A stretch of DNA of 64,000 nucleotides from Candidatus Spongiisociaceae bacterium (GTDB lineage: Bacteria > Actinomycetota > Acidimicrobiia > Spongiisociales > Spongiisociaceae), in the NCBI GenBank assembly GCA_965219685.1, contig CBDCOH010000002.1, positions 2,304,001 through 2,368,000 of the forward strand. Reading direction: 5' to 3'. A program made the position numbers and the translations under genes. Below, in pieces: positions 41,032-50,570 of this stretch. Under the pieces are notes generated by a model. It searched no databases. It had not been told where the DNA came from and was given only the letters and a program-made list of their open reading frames with translations. Each line of letters begins with the position of its first letter. Positions within the stretch are counted from its first letter, which is position 1.

Positions 41032-42420
41032 GTGAGTGGAGTATCGCAGAAAATCGACCGTTACGCGGTTGTTTTCGATGATGAGTCGCTGGTGGCTGAT
41101 GGGGGACTGTTGGCGGCAGCGACGTTGATAGGGCGGCTGGGTTTAGAAGCTTTGGTGGACGAGGTGGTGCGGTTGGGTAACCGACCGGGTGGCGCGAATC
41201 CGGGTCGTAAGGTATTGACTTTGGTGGCGTCAATGCTGGTGGGTGCCACTCATATTGATCATGTGGGGAGGCTGCGGGCCGGCTCCACGGGACGGGTGTT
41301 GGGGTTTGGGGTTACGGCTCCCTCCACGGTGGGTACGTTTCTACGATCGTTCACCTGGGGGCATGCACTCCAGTTGGACAAAGCCTGCGCCGAGACGCTG
41401 GGTCGGGTGTGGGCAGCGGGTGCCGGTCCCGGCGACGATGCGTTGACTCTGGATGTGGACTCGACGATCTGTGCGGTGTCGGGCAAAGCCAAAGCCGGCG
41501 CCGCCTATGGGTATACGAATGTGTTGGGTTATCACCCCCTGGTAGCAACCCGGGCCGATACGGGGGAGATAGTCGGTGCCCGCCTGCGGGGAGGGGCATC
41601 ACAGGGAGGTGTGGTCCATTTCGCCAAAGAAACCATCGGGCGTGTCCGGCGGGCCGGGGCATCAGGCAACATCACTGTACGGGCTGATTCGGGGTTCTGG
41701 TCCTATGAAATGTTCAAGACGCTGGAGGGTCTCGGAGTCGGCTGGTCGATCACCACCCCGCAGTACAACAACGTTCGCCAAGCAATAGCCGAAATAGACA
41801 AAGACGCCTGGACCAGCATCGACTACCCCCAAGGCGGGGTGGCGCAAGTCGCGGAGACAACCATCTGGGCAACACATCGCACCCGCCGCCGCGAGCGGAT
41901 GAAACTCCGCCTAATCGTACGCCGCACCCGCCTCACAGGTTCCCAACGCCAGCTGTGGCCCGACTGGCGCTACCACACCTTCGTAACCAACCCGCAGCGG
42001 CCAGCCGCCGAAGCGGACCAACACCACCACCCGAACACCGACACCGATACCGGCCAGCAGATAGTCGAAGCCGACCGATACCACCGAGCGCACGCGGTGT
42101 GCGAACTCGCCATCCGTGATCTCAAAAGCTCTGCGGGTCTCTCCCACCTACCCTCCGGCCGGTTCGCCGCCAACGCCGCATGGCTGGCCTGCGCCGCCCT
42201 AGCCCATAACATCTACCGATGGATCGGCCTCTTGGGTCGGACAGAACCCAAGGAACAACTCGTCTACGGATCAACCATCCGCGCCCGCCTCTTCGGCATA
42301 CCCGCAAGGCTCCTCAACCACAGCGGACGGCACATCCTTCGCCTACCCGCCCGCTGGCCCTGGACCAACACCTACCTGACCACCCTCGGTAACCTCCGCT
42401 CTCTTCCCCAACTCTGCTGA
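41032..42420 (+). CDS. IS1380-family transposase
   Basis: APSTVGTFLRSF, TLDVDST, GYHPL, VRADSGF, ELAIRDLK, PSGRFAANAAW. Confidence 0.93.
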   Translation: MSGVSQKIDRYAVVFDDESLVADGGLLAAATLIGRLGLEALVDEVVRLGNRPGGANPGRKVLTLVASMLVGATHIDHVGRLRAGSTGRVLGFGVTAPSTVGTFLRSFTWGHALQLDKACAETLGRVWAAGAGPGDDALTLDVDSTICAVSGKAKAGAAYGYTNVLGYHPLVATRADTGEIVGARLRGGASQGGVVHFAKETIGRVRRAGASGNITVRADSGFWSYEMFKTLEGLGVGWSITTPQYNNVRQAIAEIDKDAWTSIDYPQGGVAQVAETTIWATHRTRRRERMKLRLIVRRTRLTGSQRQLWPDWRYHTFVTNPQRPAAEADQHHHPNTDTDTGQQIVEADRYHRAHAVCELAIRDLKSSAGLSHLPSGRFAANAAWLACAALAHNIYRWIGLLGRTEPKEQLVYGSTIRARLFGIPARLLNHSGRHILRLPARWPWTNTYLTTLGNLRSLPQLC

Positions 42421-42508
42421 ACCCACCCCACACCCACCACAACCAGAACCAACCCGCCCCCGGACCACGCACGTCTCGAACCAGCCGACACCCACCACCG
42501 AACACTTA

Positions 42509-43473
42509 GAGGCCGCGCGGATTGGTGATTTAGGGGATTCCACCAGTTGAGGTGTTGTTTCGGCTTGTATACCGAGTGCGAGTAACCCCCAACTGGTGGA
42601 GAACCTATTATGCGCGCGCTCGATCCCGAAGTGGTAGATGCTGTATGGGCGGCTTGTGAGCCGCTGATTCCCAAGCCGGCGTCGACCCATCCGCTGGGTT
42701 GTCACCGTCGGCGGATTCCCGACAGGCTGTGTTTCTGGGGGATTCTGGTGCGGTTGGTTACGGGCTGTTCATGGGTAACCGCCGAGCGGCTGTTGGGAGG
42801 TCAGGTGTCGGACACGACGTTGCGGACCCGCCGCGACCAATGGACCAAAGCCGGTGTGTTCGAGAGCCTCGAGACCGAAGCTCTAGCAGGCTATGACCGT
42901 ATTGTGGGATTGGACCTCTCAGAGGTATCGGTCGACGGGAGCCAACACAAGGCGCCTGCCGGTGGCCAAGGAACCGGGAAAAACCCCTGGTGTGCGGGGG
43001 AAACTGGGAATCAAATGGTCGATCATGGTCGACCGCAACGGTATCCCCCTCGGGTCGGTGCTGGGGGGCGCGAACCGTCACGACACCGTACTGTTCGAAC
43101 CCACTCTCCAAGCCGCCGACGACCGTGGCTTCGTGCCGGACATCGAGACACTGCACCTCGACCGCGGCTACGACAACAACCCGGTCCGGCAACTATGCGC
43201 CAGCCTGGGAATCACCGACGTGATCTGCGCCAAAAAACGCCCGCGAGGTCAAGCCAACCACACCAAGATGCCAACACCCCTCGGTATGCGCTGGACCGTG
43301 GAGCGTACGAACTCATGGCTATCCAACTACGGGCAACTCCGCCGCAACACCGACCGCAACCCCCACCACCGACAAGCCCAACTCCAGCTAGCGATCACCC
43401 TCCTACTCACCGCCAAACTCATCGACTGGCGAAACCGCTGGAGTCCCAACTCAGCCCCTATCCGCTAGCCCTC
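42509..43473 (+). mobile_element. IS5-family (IS1031-type) element, 965 bp
   Basis: GAG-initial imperfect TIRs (GAGGCCGCGCGGAT/GAGGGCTAGCGGAT), TTA duplication. Confidence 0.88.
42610..43468 (+). pseudogene. IS5 transposase with one extra base near 42990
   Basis: Collinear with the intact paralog at 43628..44473 except for a +1 shift after GKNPWC. Confidence 0.85.
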
Positions 43474-43610
43474 TTAACACCGAATCGCTCCACCCCCGCC
43501 ACACCACCCAGAACACCTCAGACCCCCCCAGCCCGCACCCAGCACCCCACCACCGCAAAATCACCCATCCCGCCATCCACCCACCAGCCCGATCGGTGGA
43601 TTCAGGCTTA

Positions 43611-44573
43611 GAGGGCGCGCGGATTGCTTAGTTGGTGGGGTTCCAGCGGTTTCTCCAGTTGATGAGCTTGATGGTGATGATCAGGGTGATGGCTAGGGCG
43701 AGTTGCGCTAGCCGGTGGTGGGTGCGGCGGTCGGTGTTGCGGCGTAGCTGCCCGTAGTTGGTGAGCCACGAGTTGGTTCGTTCGATGGTCCAGCGCATAC
43801 CGAGGGGGGTGGATAGTTTGGTGTGGTTCCCTTGGCCTCGTGGTCGGCGGCGGGCGCAGATGACGTCGGTGATCCCGGCGGCTTCGCAGAGAGCCCGTAC
43901 TGCTTTGCTGTCATAGCCCCGGTCTAGGTGCAGGGTCTCGACATCTAACAGCAGACCACGGTCGCCGACCGCTTCGAGGGTAGGTCCGAACAGGATACTG
44001 TCGTGACGGTTGGCGCCGTCGGTGGCGCAGCCAACCGGGATACCGTTGGCATCTGTGGCCAGGGACCACTTCCAGCCGGATTTGGCCCGGTCGCAGGGGT
44101 TTTTCCCGGTTCCTTGCCCACCGGACGGTGCCTTGTGCTGGCTGCCGTCAACCGAAACATCGGAAAGGTCCAACCCCACCATGCGGTCATAGGCCGCAAT
44201 GGCCTCTTCCGCCAGAGCGTCGAACACCCCCGCATCTATCCACTCGTCGCGTCGGGCCCTCAGTGTGGTATCCGACACCGCCCCACCCAAGACGTGTTCG
44301 GCGCTCACCCACGAGCAGCCGGTCACCAACCGCACCAGGATCCCCTGAAAACAGACACGATCCGGGATACGGCGACGGTGACCACCCATGGGATGGTTGA
44401 CCACCCGCTCAGGCAACAAGGCCTCCACCGCTTCCCACACCGCGTTTGCCACTTCGGGTTCCAGCGCGCGCATAATCATTCCTCCACCGGTTGGGGGTGT
44501 GTAATTGCTGCTCGGTATCAAACCCGAGATACCACCCCAACTGGTGGATTTACCAAGCTATCCGCGCACGCTC
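43611..44573 (-). mobile_element. IS5-family (IS1031-type) element, 963 bp
   Basis: TIRs GAGGGCGCGCGGAT/GAGCGTGCGCGGAT, TTA duplication at 43608 and 44574. Confidence 0.9.
43628..44473 (-). CDS. IS5-family transposase (intact)
   Basis: SVDGSQHKAP, GANRHD, LDRGYD, RWTIERTNSWL. Confidence 0.92.
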   Translation of the reverse strand: MRALEPEVANAVWEAVEALLPERVVNHPMGGHRRRIPDRVCFQGILVRLVTGCSWVSAEHVLGGAVSDTTLRARRDEWIDAGVFDALAEEAIAAYDRMVGLDLSDVSVDGSQHKAPSGGQGTGKNPCDRAKSGWKWSLATDANGIPVGCATDGANRHDSILFGPTLEAVGDRGLLLDVETLHLDRGYDSKAVRALCEAAGITDVICARRRPRGQGNHTKLSTPLGMRWTIERTNSWLTNYGQLRRNTDRRTHHRLAQLALAITLIITIKLINWRNRWNPTN

Positions 44574-44577
44574 TTAG

Positions 44578-44667
44578 CCTGAATCCACCGGCCGGGTTTC
44601 GTTGTTGGGGGTGAATAGCCGTGGAAAGTGCCTCTGACCTGGGACAATAACCGTAAGCAACAAGGGT
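44578..44667 (+). mobile_element. Truncated left end of a second IS1380 copy
   Basis: ~90 bp nearly identical to 40914..41003, preceded by CTTAG. Confidence 0.85.
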
Positions 44668-44744
44668 GGCCTTGCTACCGGGGACACATCGTCCGGGTTC
44701 GGGTGTGAGCCACGACCCACCAACAACCGTCCCCCCACCACCAA

Positions 44745-45080
44745 CTAGACGAGCCTCGCTACCAGGGAAGCCGGATCCCGGAACACCAGAGAACGCGGCA
44801 GCACCTCGGTTGCTCCCATTCGCCTGGCCTGCTCCAACGTATCGACGCGAACGTGCGGACCGTATGCGAGGCAGGCGACCGAGTCCGATGCAACCGCCGC
44901 TTCCACCACCTCGAAGGCCAGCGGGTGCTCGAGGTCGACGAGGACCGCCTCCAGAGTCTCGGGCAGGCGGCGGTCCTTCAGGGGAACAACCTCCCAGCCT
45001 GCCTTCCTGAGGCCGGCCTCCAGCTTCGACCTGTCCATGAGGTTGCGTGTGAGCAACCCCGCTTGCCCTCCGGTCCTCAT
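44745..45080 (-). CDS. Hypothetical protein, receiver-like fold
   Basis: VLVDLE...AYGPHV...ARRMGATEVLPRS. Confidence 0.7.
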   Translation of the reverse strand: MRTGGQAGLLTRNLMDRSKLEAGLRKAGWEVVPLKDRRLPETLEAVLVDLEHPLAFEVVEAAVASDSVACLAYGPHVRVDTLEQARRMGATEVLPRSLVFRDPASLVARLV

Positions 45081-45487
45081 TATGTCCTCCCGGTCATCGC
45101 CGCGGCCTTGGCCGCGCCCCAGGCAAGGTGCGCCCGCCAGACCTCCTCACCCAGCTCGCGCGAGGAGGCCGGGGCCAGATGGTACAGATCGCCGGGCAGC
45201 GCGCTGCGGGACAGTTCGTCACGCGGCACCGGCGGGTAGCCCTCTGCTTGAAGCACCGCGGTAGGGAACCTCATGGCTTCCTGGAACAGTTCCAGCGGAC
45301 CCCGATCCTGCAACGGATACGGCCGGGCCAGCAAGCCCTTCAGGGCATCCTGCAACCACCTCCGCCCTTCTCCGAGGGCTTCGTCCAACCCAGCGGGCTC
45401 GCGTCCGGCTCGTTGCACCACCACGGCTCTCACGTACGCCCCGTAGGTATCGACCAGCACCTTCACAAGGTGATCGCCTGCCCTCAC
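45080..45487 (-). CDS. Hypothetical protein
   Basis: Coupled ORF; FPTAVL..GYPPVPRD...PGDLYHLAPAS...HLAWGAAKA. Confidence 0.7.
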   Translation of the reverse strand: MRAGDHLVKVLVDTYGAYVRAVVVQRAGREPAGLDEALGEGRRWLQDALKGLLARPYPLQDRGPLELFQEAMRFPTAVLQAEGYPPVPRDELSRSALPGDLYHLAPASSRELGEEVWRAHLAWGAAKAAAMTGRT

Positions 45488-45500
45488 CGGCGAACGCCTC

Positions 45501-46466
45501 TCATCCGGTGAATACCTGGACGACCATCAGACCCAGAGGGCCCTCCAGAGCCGACACCCCCACCCGGGTGAACCGGGGATCCAGCATCGTCGCACGGTGT
45601 GACTCGGAGGACAGCAGGCCTTCGTGGACACTCGACACGGTCGGGGAGAGCGCCAGGTTCTCGCCGGCGGCGCGGAAGGGAATCCCGGAGGCACCTAGAC
45701 GATCGTCGAGGGCGCCGGCGACAGGTGAGAGGTGCGAGAAGTAGCCCTGCTCATACATCTCCCGTCCGTGCCGGACCGCCACGCCGGCTAGCGCCTCCGA
45801 CCATGCAACCGTCCCCACACCCTCCTCGATCCTGGCCTGGTTGATCTTCATGAACAGTTCCCGGGCTGAGTCGTGCTGATCCTCCAGTCCCCGCGAGCCG
45901 GTCGCCGGGAGGTCCACGAATTCGTCACCCTCTATCACCACCTGGCTCTTTCCAACCAATCGGTTGATGTTCACCAAGGACTCGAGAATCCGATCTCCCA
46001 GCAGGCGGCTAACCGCCGGAGTCACGGCCCCGTCTTCCGACATCACGATCCGGGCAGCCGTCGATCCCGACAGGACCCCTTCCAGCCGTCCGGGCAGAAA
46101 CGGAACGGCGGCGGCGAGGATCAGCAGCAGGATCGCCAGCACCGCGAACCACGCGCCCGAGGCCACCGCCCCGGCCGCCCTATCGAGGGGACGGAGCGGT
46201 GCAGGGACCCACACCAGTCTCCTCGCCAGCAGCGTCGCCACCGAAAGGACCGCCCCGAACACCAATACGGAGCCGATTACCCTGGCAGTCACGGGGCTGG
46301 TGCCGGACCAGGACTCGACCACCACGCCGACGGCGGGACCCGTGCGGTAACCCAACACCACGGCCGCCACGAAGCCGGCAAACTCCGCGACACCGCGAAG
46401 GAACCCGCGGCGGTATCCCCGGATCAGGGCAGCAAGGAGGCCCAGCCCGAGGACAAGATCGAGCAT
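45501..46466 (-). CDS. CvpA-family membrane domain plus CAP (SCP) domain protein
   Basis: MLDLV...IRGYRRGFL, LDRAAGA; INQAR, HGREM, YFSH, GENLA, SESHRATML; AAGGA RBS before ATG 46466. Confidence 0.85.
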   Translation of the reverse strand: MLDLVLGLGLLAALIRGYRRGFLRGVAEFAGFVAAVVLGYRTGPAVGVVVESWSGTSPVTARVIGSVLVFGAVLSVATLLARRLVWVPAPLRPLDRAAGAVASGAWFAVLAILLLILAAAVPFLPGRLEGVLSGSTAARIVMSEDGAVTPAVSRLLGDRILESLVNINRLVGKSQVVIEGDEFVDLPATGSRGLEDQHDSARELFMKINQARIEEGVGTVAWSEALAGVAVRHGREMYEQGYFSHLSPVAGALDDRLGASGIPFRAAGENLALSPTVSSVHEGLLSSESHRATMLDPRFTRVGVSALEGPLGLMVVQVFTG

Positions 46467-46470
46467 CGGA

Positions 46471-47765
46471 TCAGTCCTTGCCGGGGAGCGAAGTCTCCGT
46501 TGCCGGCGCCTCGGTGCGTCTTCGAGGATCTCGCCTCCTTGGTCCGGGTCCTCGGGACCATCCGCGGAGTCTGCAACCCGCGAACCCTCGGCCCTTGCCC
46601 GCCGGAGCCGTTCCTTCAGGGGCTCGGGCTCGTACTCGACCAGGACAGCCTGCACGGCCTCATCCCACGACTCGCCCAACACGCGGGTCCTCCATAGGTG
46701 GCCGGCGACGATCTTGAGGACCGCAGTCACCGGGACCGCGATTAGAACCCCGAACAGGCCCCCGAGGGAACCTCCCGCCAGCAGGGCCAGGATGATGGTG
46801 ACCGGACTCAGGTGGACCGCGACCCGTAGGATGAGAGGGCTCACGAAGTGGTTGTCGAACTGCTGGATCGCGAGGAAGGCCACCGCCACCCAGATCGCGC
46901 GGAGCGGGTCACCCACGATCAGCGCCGTCGACACTCCCAGGGCGCCTCCCACCCACGGCCCGATGAACGGGACGATGTTCAGGAAGCCGGCGACCAGCCC
47001 GACGATGAGCCAGAAGGGAAGATCGAGGATCCTGAGCGCCAGGCTCGACAGCACACCGACCACCAGGGCAACCATCAGTTGCCCCCGGATGAAGCCGCCC
47101 ACCGCCTTCCCGATCTGGCGGGCCAGGTGAATGGCTTCGTCCCGGTCGGCCGCCGGAACCAGACGCTCGCCGGCCCGGCGCAAGTTGTGCGCATCCACCA
47201 GGATGTAGAAGGCCAGCACGGGCGCGAGCAGCACCACAACCGCCACCTCCAGAACCCCTCGAGCGATCTCACCCACCCGGCCGATGCCCTCGAGAATGAC
47301 CTCGCGGTTGGCAGGGTCGGCGAACCATTCGCGCAACCCGTCGGACAGTGACCCGACATCCTGGAAACTCTCGGGCAGGTTGAGCGCGGCCGCGACGTCC
47401 GACAGGCCCTGGGAAGCATCGTCGATCACCTCCGGGACATGGTCGACCAGTTCGACCGCCTGGCTACTCATCACGGGAACGATGAGGACACCGACCAGGA
47501 CCAGCAGGGCACCGAACAGCACGTAGGCGAGGCATCCGCCCGCCACTCTCGGGACCCTGTGCCTCTCGAGCCGGTCGACCAGGGGTTTGAACAGGTACAC
47601 GATGATCACCGCGAATATGAGCGGAGGCCAGATGATCCTCAACTGCAACACGATCCAAGCGAGGAGAGCCAGGACGAGGCACGCCCCCACGATGCTCCAA
47701 GCCGCTATTCCCAGCCCGCGCAGCCACTCGAACCGCCTGGTCGCTTCCCGTTCCCTACTATCCAC
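46471..47765 (-). CDS. AI-2E family transporter; read in frame into the CvpA/CAP gene in this sequence
   Basis: GGFIRGQL, NIVPFIGPW, QQFDNHFVSP, GLFGVLIAVP. Confidence 0.85.
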
Positions 47766-48793
47766 TATGGCCCCTCGCTGCCGGCAACCCGGCGTCGCGG
47801 CGCAGCACCCTCAACCTGGTCCTCGGACTGGCTGTCGGGCGCCGGCTCCGCCGGCTCCTCGATCCCCTCCCATTGTTCCACCACTAGCTCCGAACCGGGA
47901 TCCACTTCCACTAGAAACCGGGAGGTCCCCGAGCCGTCGAACCGCTTTCCGTCCGCGCTCACCTCCCAACCCGGGCCCACCTGGACGCTCCCGGTCACCT
48001 CGACGGACGCGTCGGATGGAATTTCCATTACCAGCGCACCTGCAACGAAGACCGGAACGTCTCCGGGCGCAGGGCCAAGGCGCACCCGGCCGTCGGCAGC
48101 GACGCGGAGGGAAGTCAACCGTACGGCCGTCAGGTCGGCCTCGACACTCCCAGCGACGATGTTCACGCTCCATTCCGGCAGGGCGGAGACGGATACGTTC
48201 CAACCTGCGGATGCGAACCAACCCGGTTCGGACTCCTCCGTAATCCGCACGACGACCTCGTCGCCGGCGACCATCTCCGAACTCCGGGCCGGGGCGACGT
48301 CTCCCCCTACTCGCATCTGACCCACTTCGTAGAGCAACGTGGCGCGCCCGTCCAGGGTGACCTGACCGTCGGTGTGGAGGTCGAGAACCGCGCCGGCAAT
48401 CTGGCCTTCCGCCGGCGGGCCCGCCAGGTTGGCGGCCGACGACGGGAGCGCCTCCCAACCGGTGAGGTGCGACCCCAGTCCGACGACCAGCCACGTGAGC
48501 ACCAGGAACGGGGCTGCCGCGCCCGGCCCCTGCCGCAAGAAGGTGCGTCGATGCTTGGTCATCCTGCTTCGTAGCGCGAGCAACACCAGCGAGACTGCCA
48601 GCCCGGGCCAGAGTGAAAGGATGTCGAGAAGGACGGCTCGCATCAGCCACCCGTTGTAGGCCGCCACCACTGCGAACAGCACCGCGACCGCCAGTCCAAC
48701 CCAAACGGATGCCACCCGCAAGTTCGCCGAGCGGGCAACTCGGGACCCGGACCGGAAGCGGGGGGGCCTCCTCGTCCCCCTCGGAAGCATCAC
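47765..48793 (-). CDS. Hypothetical membrane protein
   Basis: Three TM segments plus a soluble domain; translationally coupled to neighbours. Confidence 0.65.
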   Translation of the reverse strand: MMLPRGTRRPPRFRSGSRVARSANLRVASVWVGLAVAVLFAVVAAYNGWLMRAVLLDILSLWPGLAVSLVLLALRSRMTKHRRTFLRQGPGAAAPFLVLTWLVVGLGSHLTGWEALPSSAANLAGPPAEGQIAGAVLDLHTDGQVTLDGRATLLYEVGQMRVGGDVAPARSSEMVAGDEVVVRITEESEPGWFASAGWNVSVSALPEWSVNIVAGSVEADLTAVRLTSLRVAADGRVRLGPAPGDVPVFVAGALVMEIPSDASVEVTGSVQVGPGWEVSADGKRFDGSGTSRFLVEVDPGSELVVEQWEGIEEPAEPAPDSQSEDQVEGAAPRRRVAGSEGP

Positions 48794-49395
48794 TCGCTGT
48801 AGGACGCCCCGAGTACCACGGTCAGGGGCGCCTGGGGATCGCCACCGCCGAAGGGCGCAATGCCTGCATCGGGGACAGCCTCGGCCAGCACCTCGGCTTC
48901 CCGCCGGAATCCCTCCACGTACCAGATGACCGAGGTTTCCAACTCGTCGGGATGATTGTCGGGATCGAGGGTACGGTACCCCAGGTCGGCCAGCCGTTCT
49001 GTCAGGCGCCCCGCCAGCCCCGCTACACGAGTCGAGTTGAGAACCATCACGGTCAACCGTTCGGGACCGCGCACCGGCGGAAGCGTGGTGGTGGTTTCCG
49101 GCACAGTGGTCGTCACGCTCGCCACGGTGGAGGTACCGGCTCCGGCGGTGGTGGTCACGGCGATGGTCGTCGTCGAGCCGTCGGCGACAGTCGTGGAGGA
49201 CGCGCCGGAGGAAACCGTCCCCTGTTCATGGGTGGTCGCCACCTGCGCCTCCGGCTCCTCCGACCCGCCTCTCAGAATCCCGATGATCAGGAACGCGCTG
49301 ACAGCCACCACCACGGCAAGCATCGCCAGGAGGATCAGACGAGTCAGGTCGCGACGAAACCGGCTTCGATCCGCGGAGGCATGCCTTCCCGGCAA
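48790..49395 (-). CDS. LytR C-terminal domain protein
   Basis: TM helix, Thr-rich linker, VMVLNSTRVAGLA...TVVLG. Confidence 0.85.
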   Translation of the reverse strand: MPGRHASADRSRFRRDLTRLILLAMLAVVVAVSAFLIIGILRGGSEEPEAQVATTHEQGTVSSGASSTTVADGSTTTIAVTTTAGAGTSTVASVTTTVPETTTTLPPVRGPERLTVMVLNSTRVAGLAGRLTERLADLGYRTLDPDNHPDELETSVIWYVEGFRREAEVLAEAVPDAGIAPFGGGDPQAPLTVVLGASYSE

Positions 49396-49451
49396 GTTAC
49401 CACCCCTGCCGTCGGAGGCCGCTGCCAGGAGCCCCGAGGTGCATGACGCGG

Positions 49452-49706
49452 CTACTCAACGGATCGGAACACGCCGGGTCGGTGTCCTGATGCAGCGAGA
49501 GCCCCGGCCCGGATCCGGCGCAGCCGCCTCACGGTCAGCGGGTCATACCGGAGAGCATCCGGCCTGTCGATCAGGTCCCTCAGGACTCGGTAGTAGATCG
49601 CCGAACTGAACCCGAGGGTCTCATATATGTTTCGGTCCTTGGGTCCCGGTAACGTCCACCACGAGCGCTCGAAGTCCAGTACGCGCTGCTCACGGGAACT
49701 GAGCAT
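49452..49706 (-). CDS. DUF3263 domain protein
   Basis: LSSREQRVLDFERSWW..PGPKD...YYRVL..LID...DPLTVRRLRR. Confidence 0.88.
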   Translation of the reverse strand: MLSSREQRVLDFERSWWTLPGPKDRNIYETLGFSSAIYYRVLRDLIDRPDALRYDPLTVRRLRRIRAGALAASGHRPGVFRSVE

Positions 49707-49794
49707 GATGAGTGGAGCGTATAACGTGCGGGAGCCAGATCAGGGTATTTCGCGACCTTGCGCCACCGCCCGGCCCGCAAACCAACCTGAGACA

Positions 49795-50214
49795 TCATTC
49801 GAATGCGACGCACGCGTCCTCGACAACCAGGAGAACCGACTCCTGGGAGAACCGGCGCTTGTATTCTCCTATCATCTCGTCGATCCGGGTCGTGGCGCCG
49901 TCATCCGGCGGCGCCAGTATCACCAGTAGCTTGGACCGCTCCTTCTGTACGGCGCCCTCCGCATCCCGCCACTGGCCCTGAGCGTCGAGAGCGGTGAGTC
50001 CATCGGGGAACCGCGGGGTGACGGTCTCCCTCAGGAATGTCTCCCAGGCGGCGTCGTCCACCACCTCCCCACCGGGCCTGCTGCGTCCCATGTACAGCTC
50101 GTACCTGACGAAATGGTCCGTCCCGTCGGGACAGGGAGTCTCGTCCGAGCGGGCGCAACCGGCCGCAACCACCAGTACCAGAACCATGCCCAGCCGCGCC
50201 AGCGTTCCACTCAC
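49795..50214 (-). CDS. DUF3574 domain lipoprotein
   Basis: AAGC lipobox; ELYMG, FLRETVTPRFPDGLT..DAQGQW, YKRRFSQESV. Confidence 0.88.
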   Translation of the reverse strand: MSGTLARLGMVLVLVVAAGCARSDETPCPDGTDHFVRYELYMGRSRPGGEVVDDAAWETFLRETVTPRFPDGLTALDAQGQWRDAEGAVQKERSKLLVILAPPDDGATTRIDEMIGEYKRRFSQESVLLVVEDACVAFE

Positions 50215-50392
50215 ACCTCGCGTGCGGGAAAGGCCGGCACGGACCCGGGGTCGCGTTCTGTCCTGCGTCTCAAGGCAGACGCACCATAGTCACCCCTGGG
50301 GAGTGGCGGGTGATCAGTTTCGGGGCGGGTGGCTTCCGGTACCGGACCCCTTGCTCTGGATCACCACGGCGACGGGAGAGGGACCCGAGCGG

Positions 50393-50465
50393 AGCCGGGT
50401 ACCGGATTCGAACCGGTGACATCTTCTTTACAAGAGAAGTGCTCTACCAACTGAGCTAACCCGGC
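50393..50465 (-). tRNA. tRNA-Thr (anticodon TGT)
   Basis: GCCGGGT acceptor, CTTCT-CTTGTAA-AGAAG, GGTTCGAATCC. Confidence 0.97.
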
Positions 50466-50487
50466 CGGTTACTCCATCCTAGATGAA

Positions 50488-50570
50488 TAGTTCCTAGTCG
50501 GTAGTCTGTAGTTTCTAGTTGGTGCTCGACGGTTAACGTTAGATCGAGTCATCTGCCATCCTCCATAGCA
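50488..50570. repeat. Degenerate bipartite heptamer element (TAGTYNN)x5-GTTAACGTTAGAT core
   Basis: TAGTTCC TAGTCGG TAGTCTG TAGTTTC TAGTTGG, then the core motif. Confidence 0.75.

Larger units (their letters stand above)
40914..43606 (+). mobile_element. IS1380-family element carrying a nested IS5
   Basis: TIR CCTGAATCCACCG/CGGTGGATTCAGG, flanked by CTTAG. Confidence 0.9.
37470..44745. mobile_element. Accessory island downstream of tRNA-Arg (TA modules, remnants, IS nest; no integrase seen)
   Basis: Begins at the tRNA 3' end; only TA genes, fragments and transposases until core-like genes resume. Confidence 0.65.

Noticed and set aside
42975-43000. Programmed -1 frameshift at GGGAAAAAC in the IS5 transposase
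   Set aside because: The downstream frame needs +1, and the paralog is a single ORF; a simple insertion is more likely.
50330-50350. Possible att duplicate of the tRNA-Thr 3' end (CCGGTACCGGA)
   Set aside because: The match is short, GC-rich and palindromic, with no cargo or integrase.
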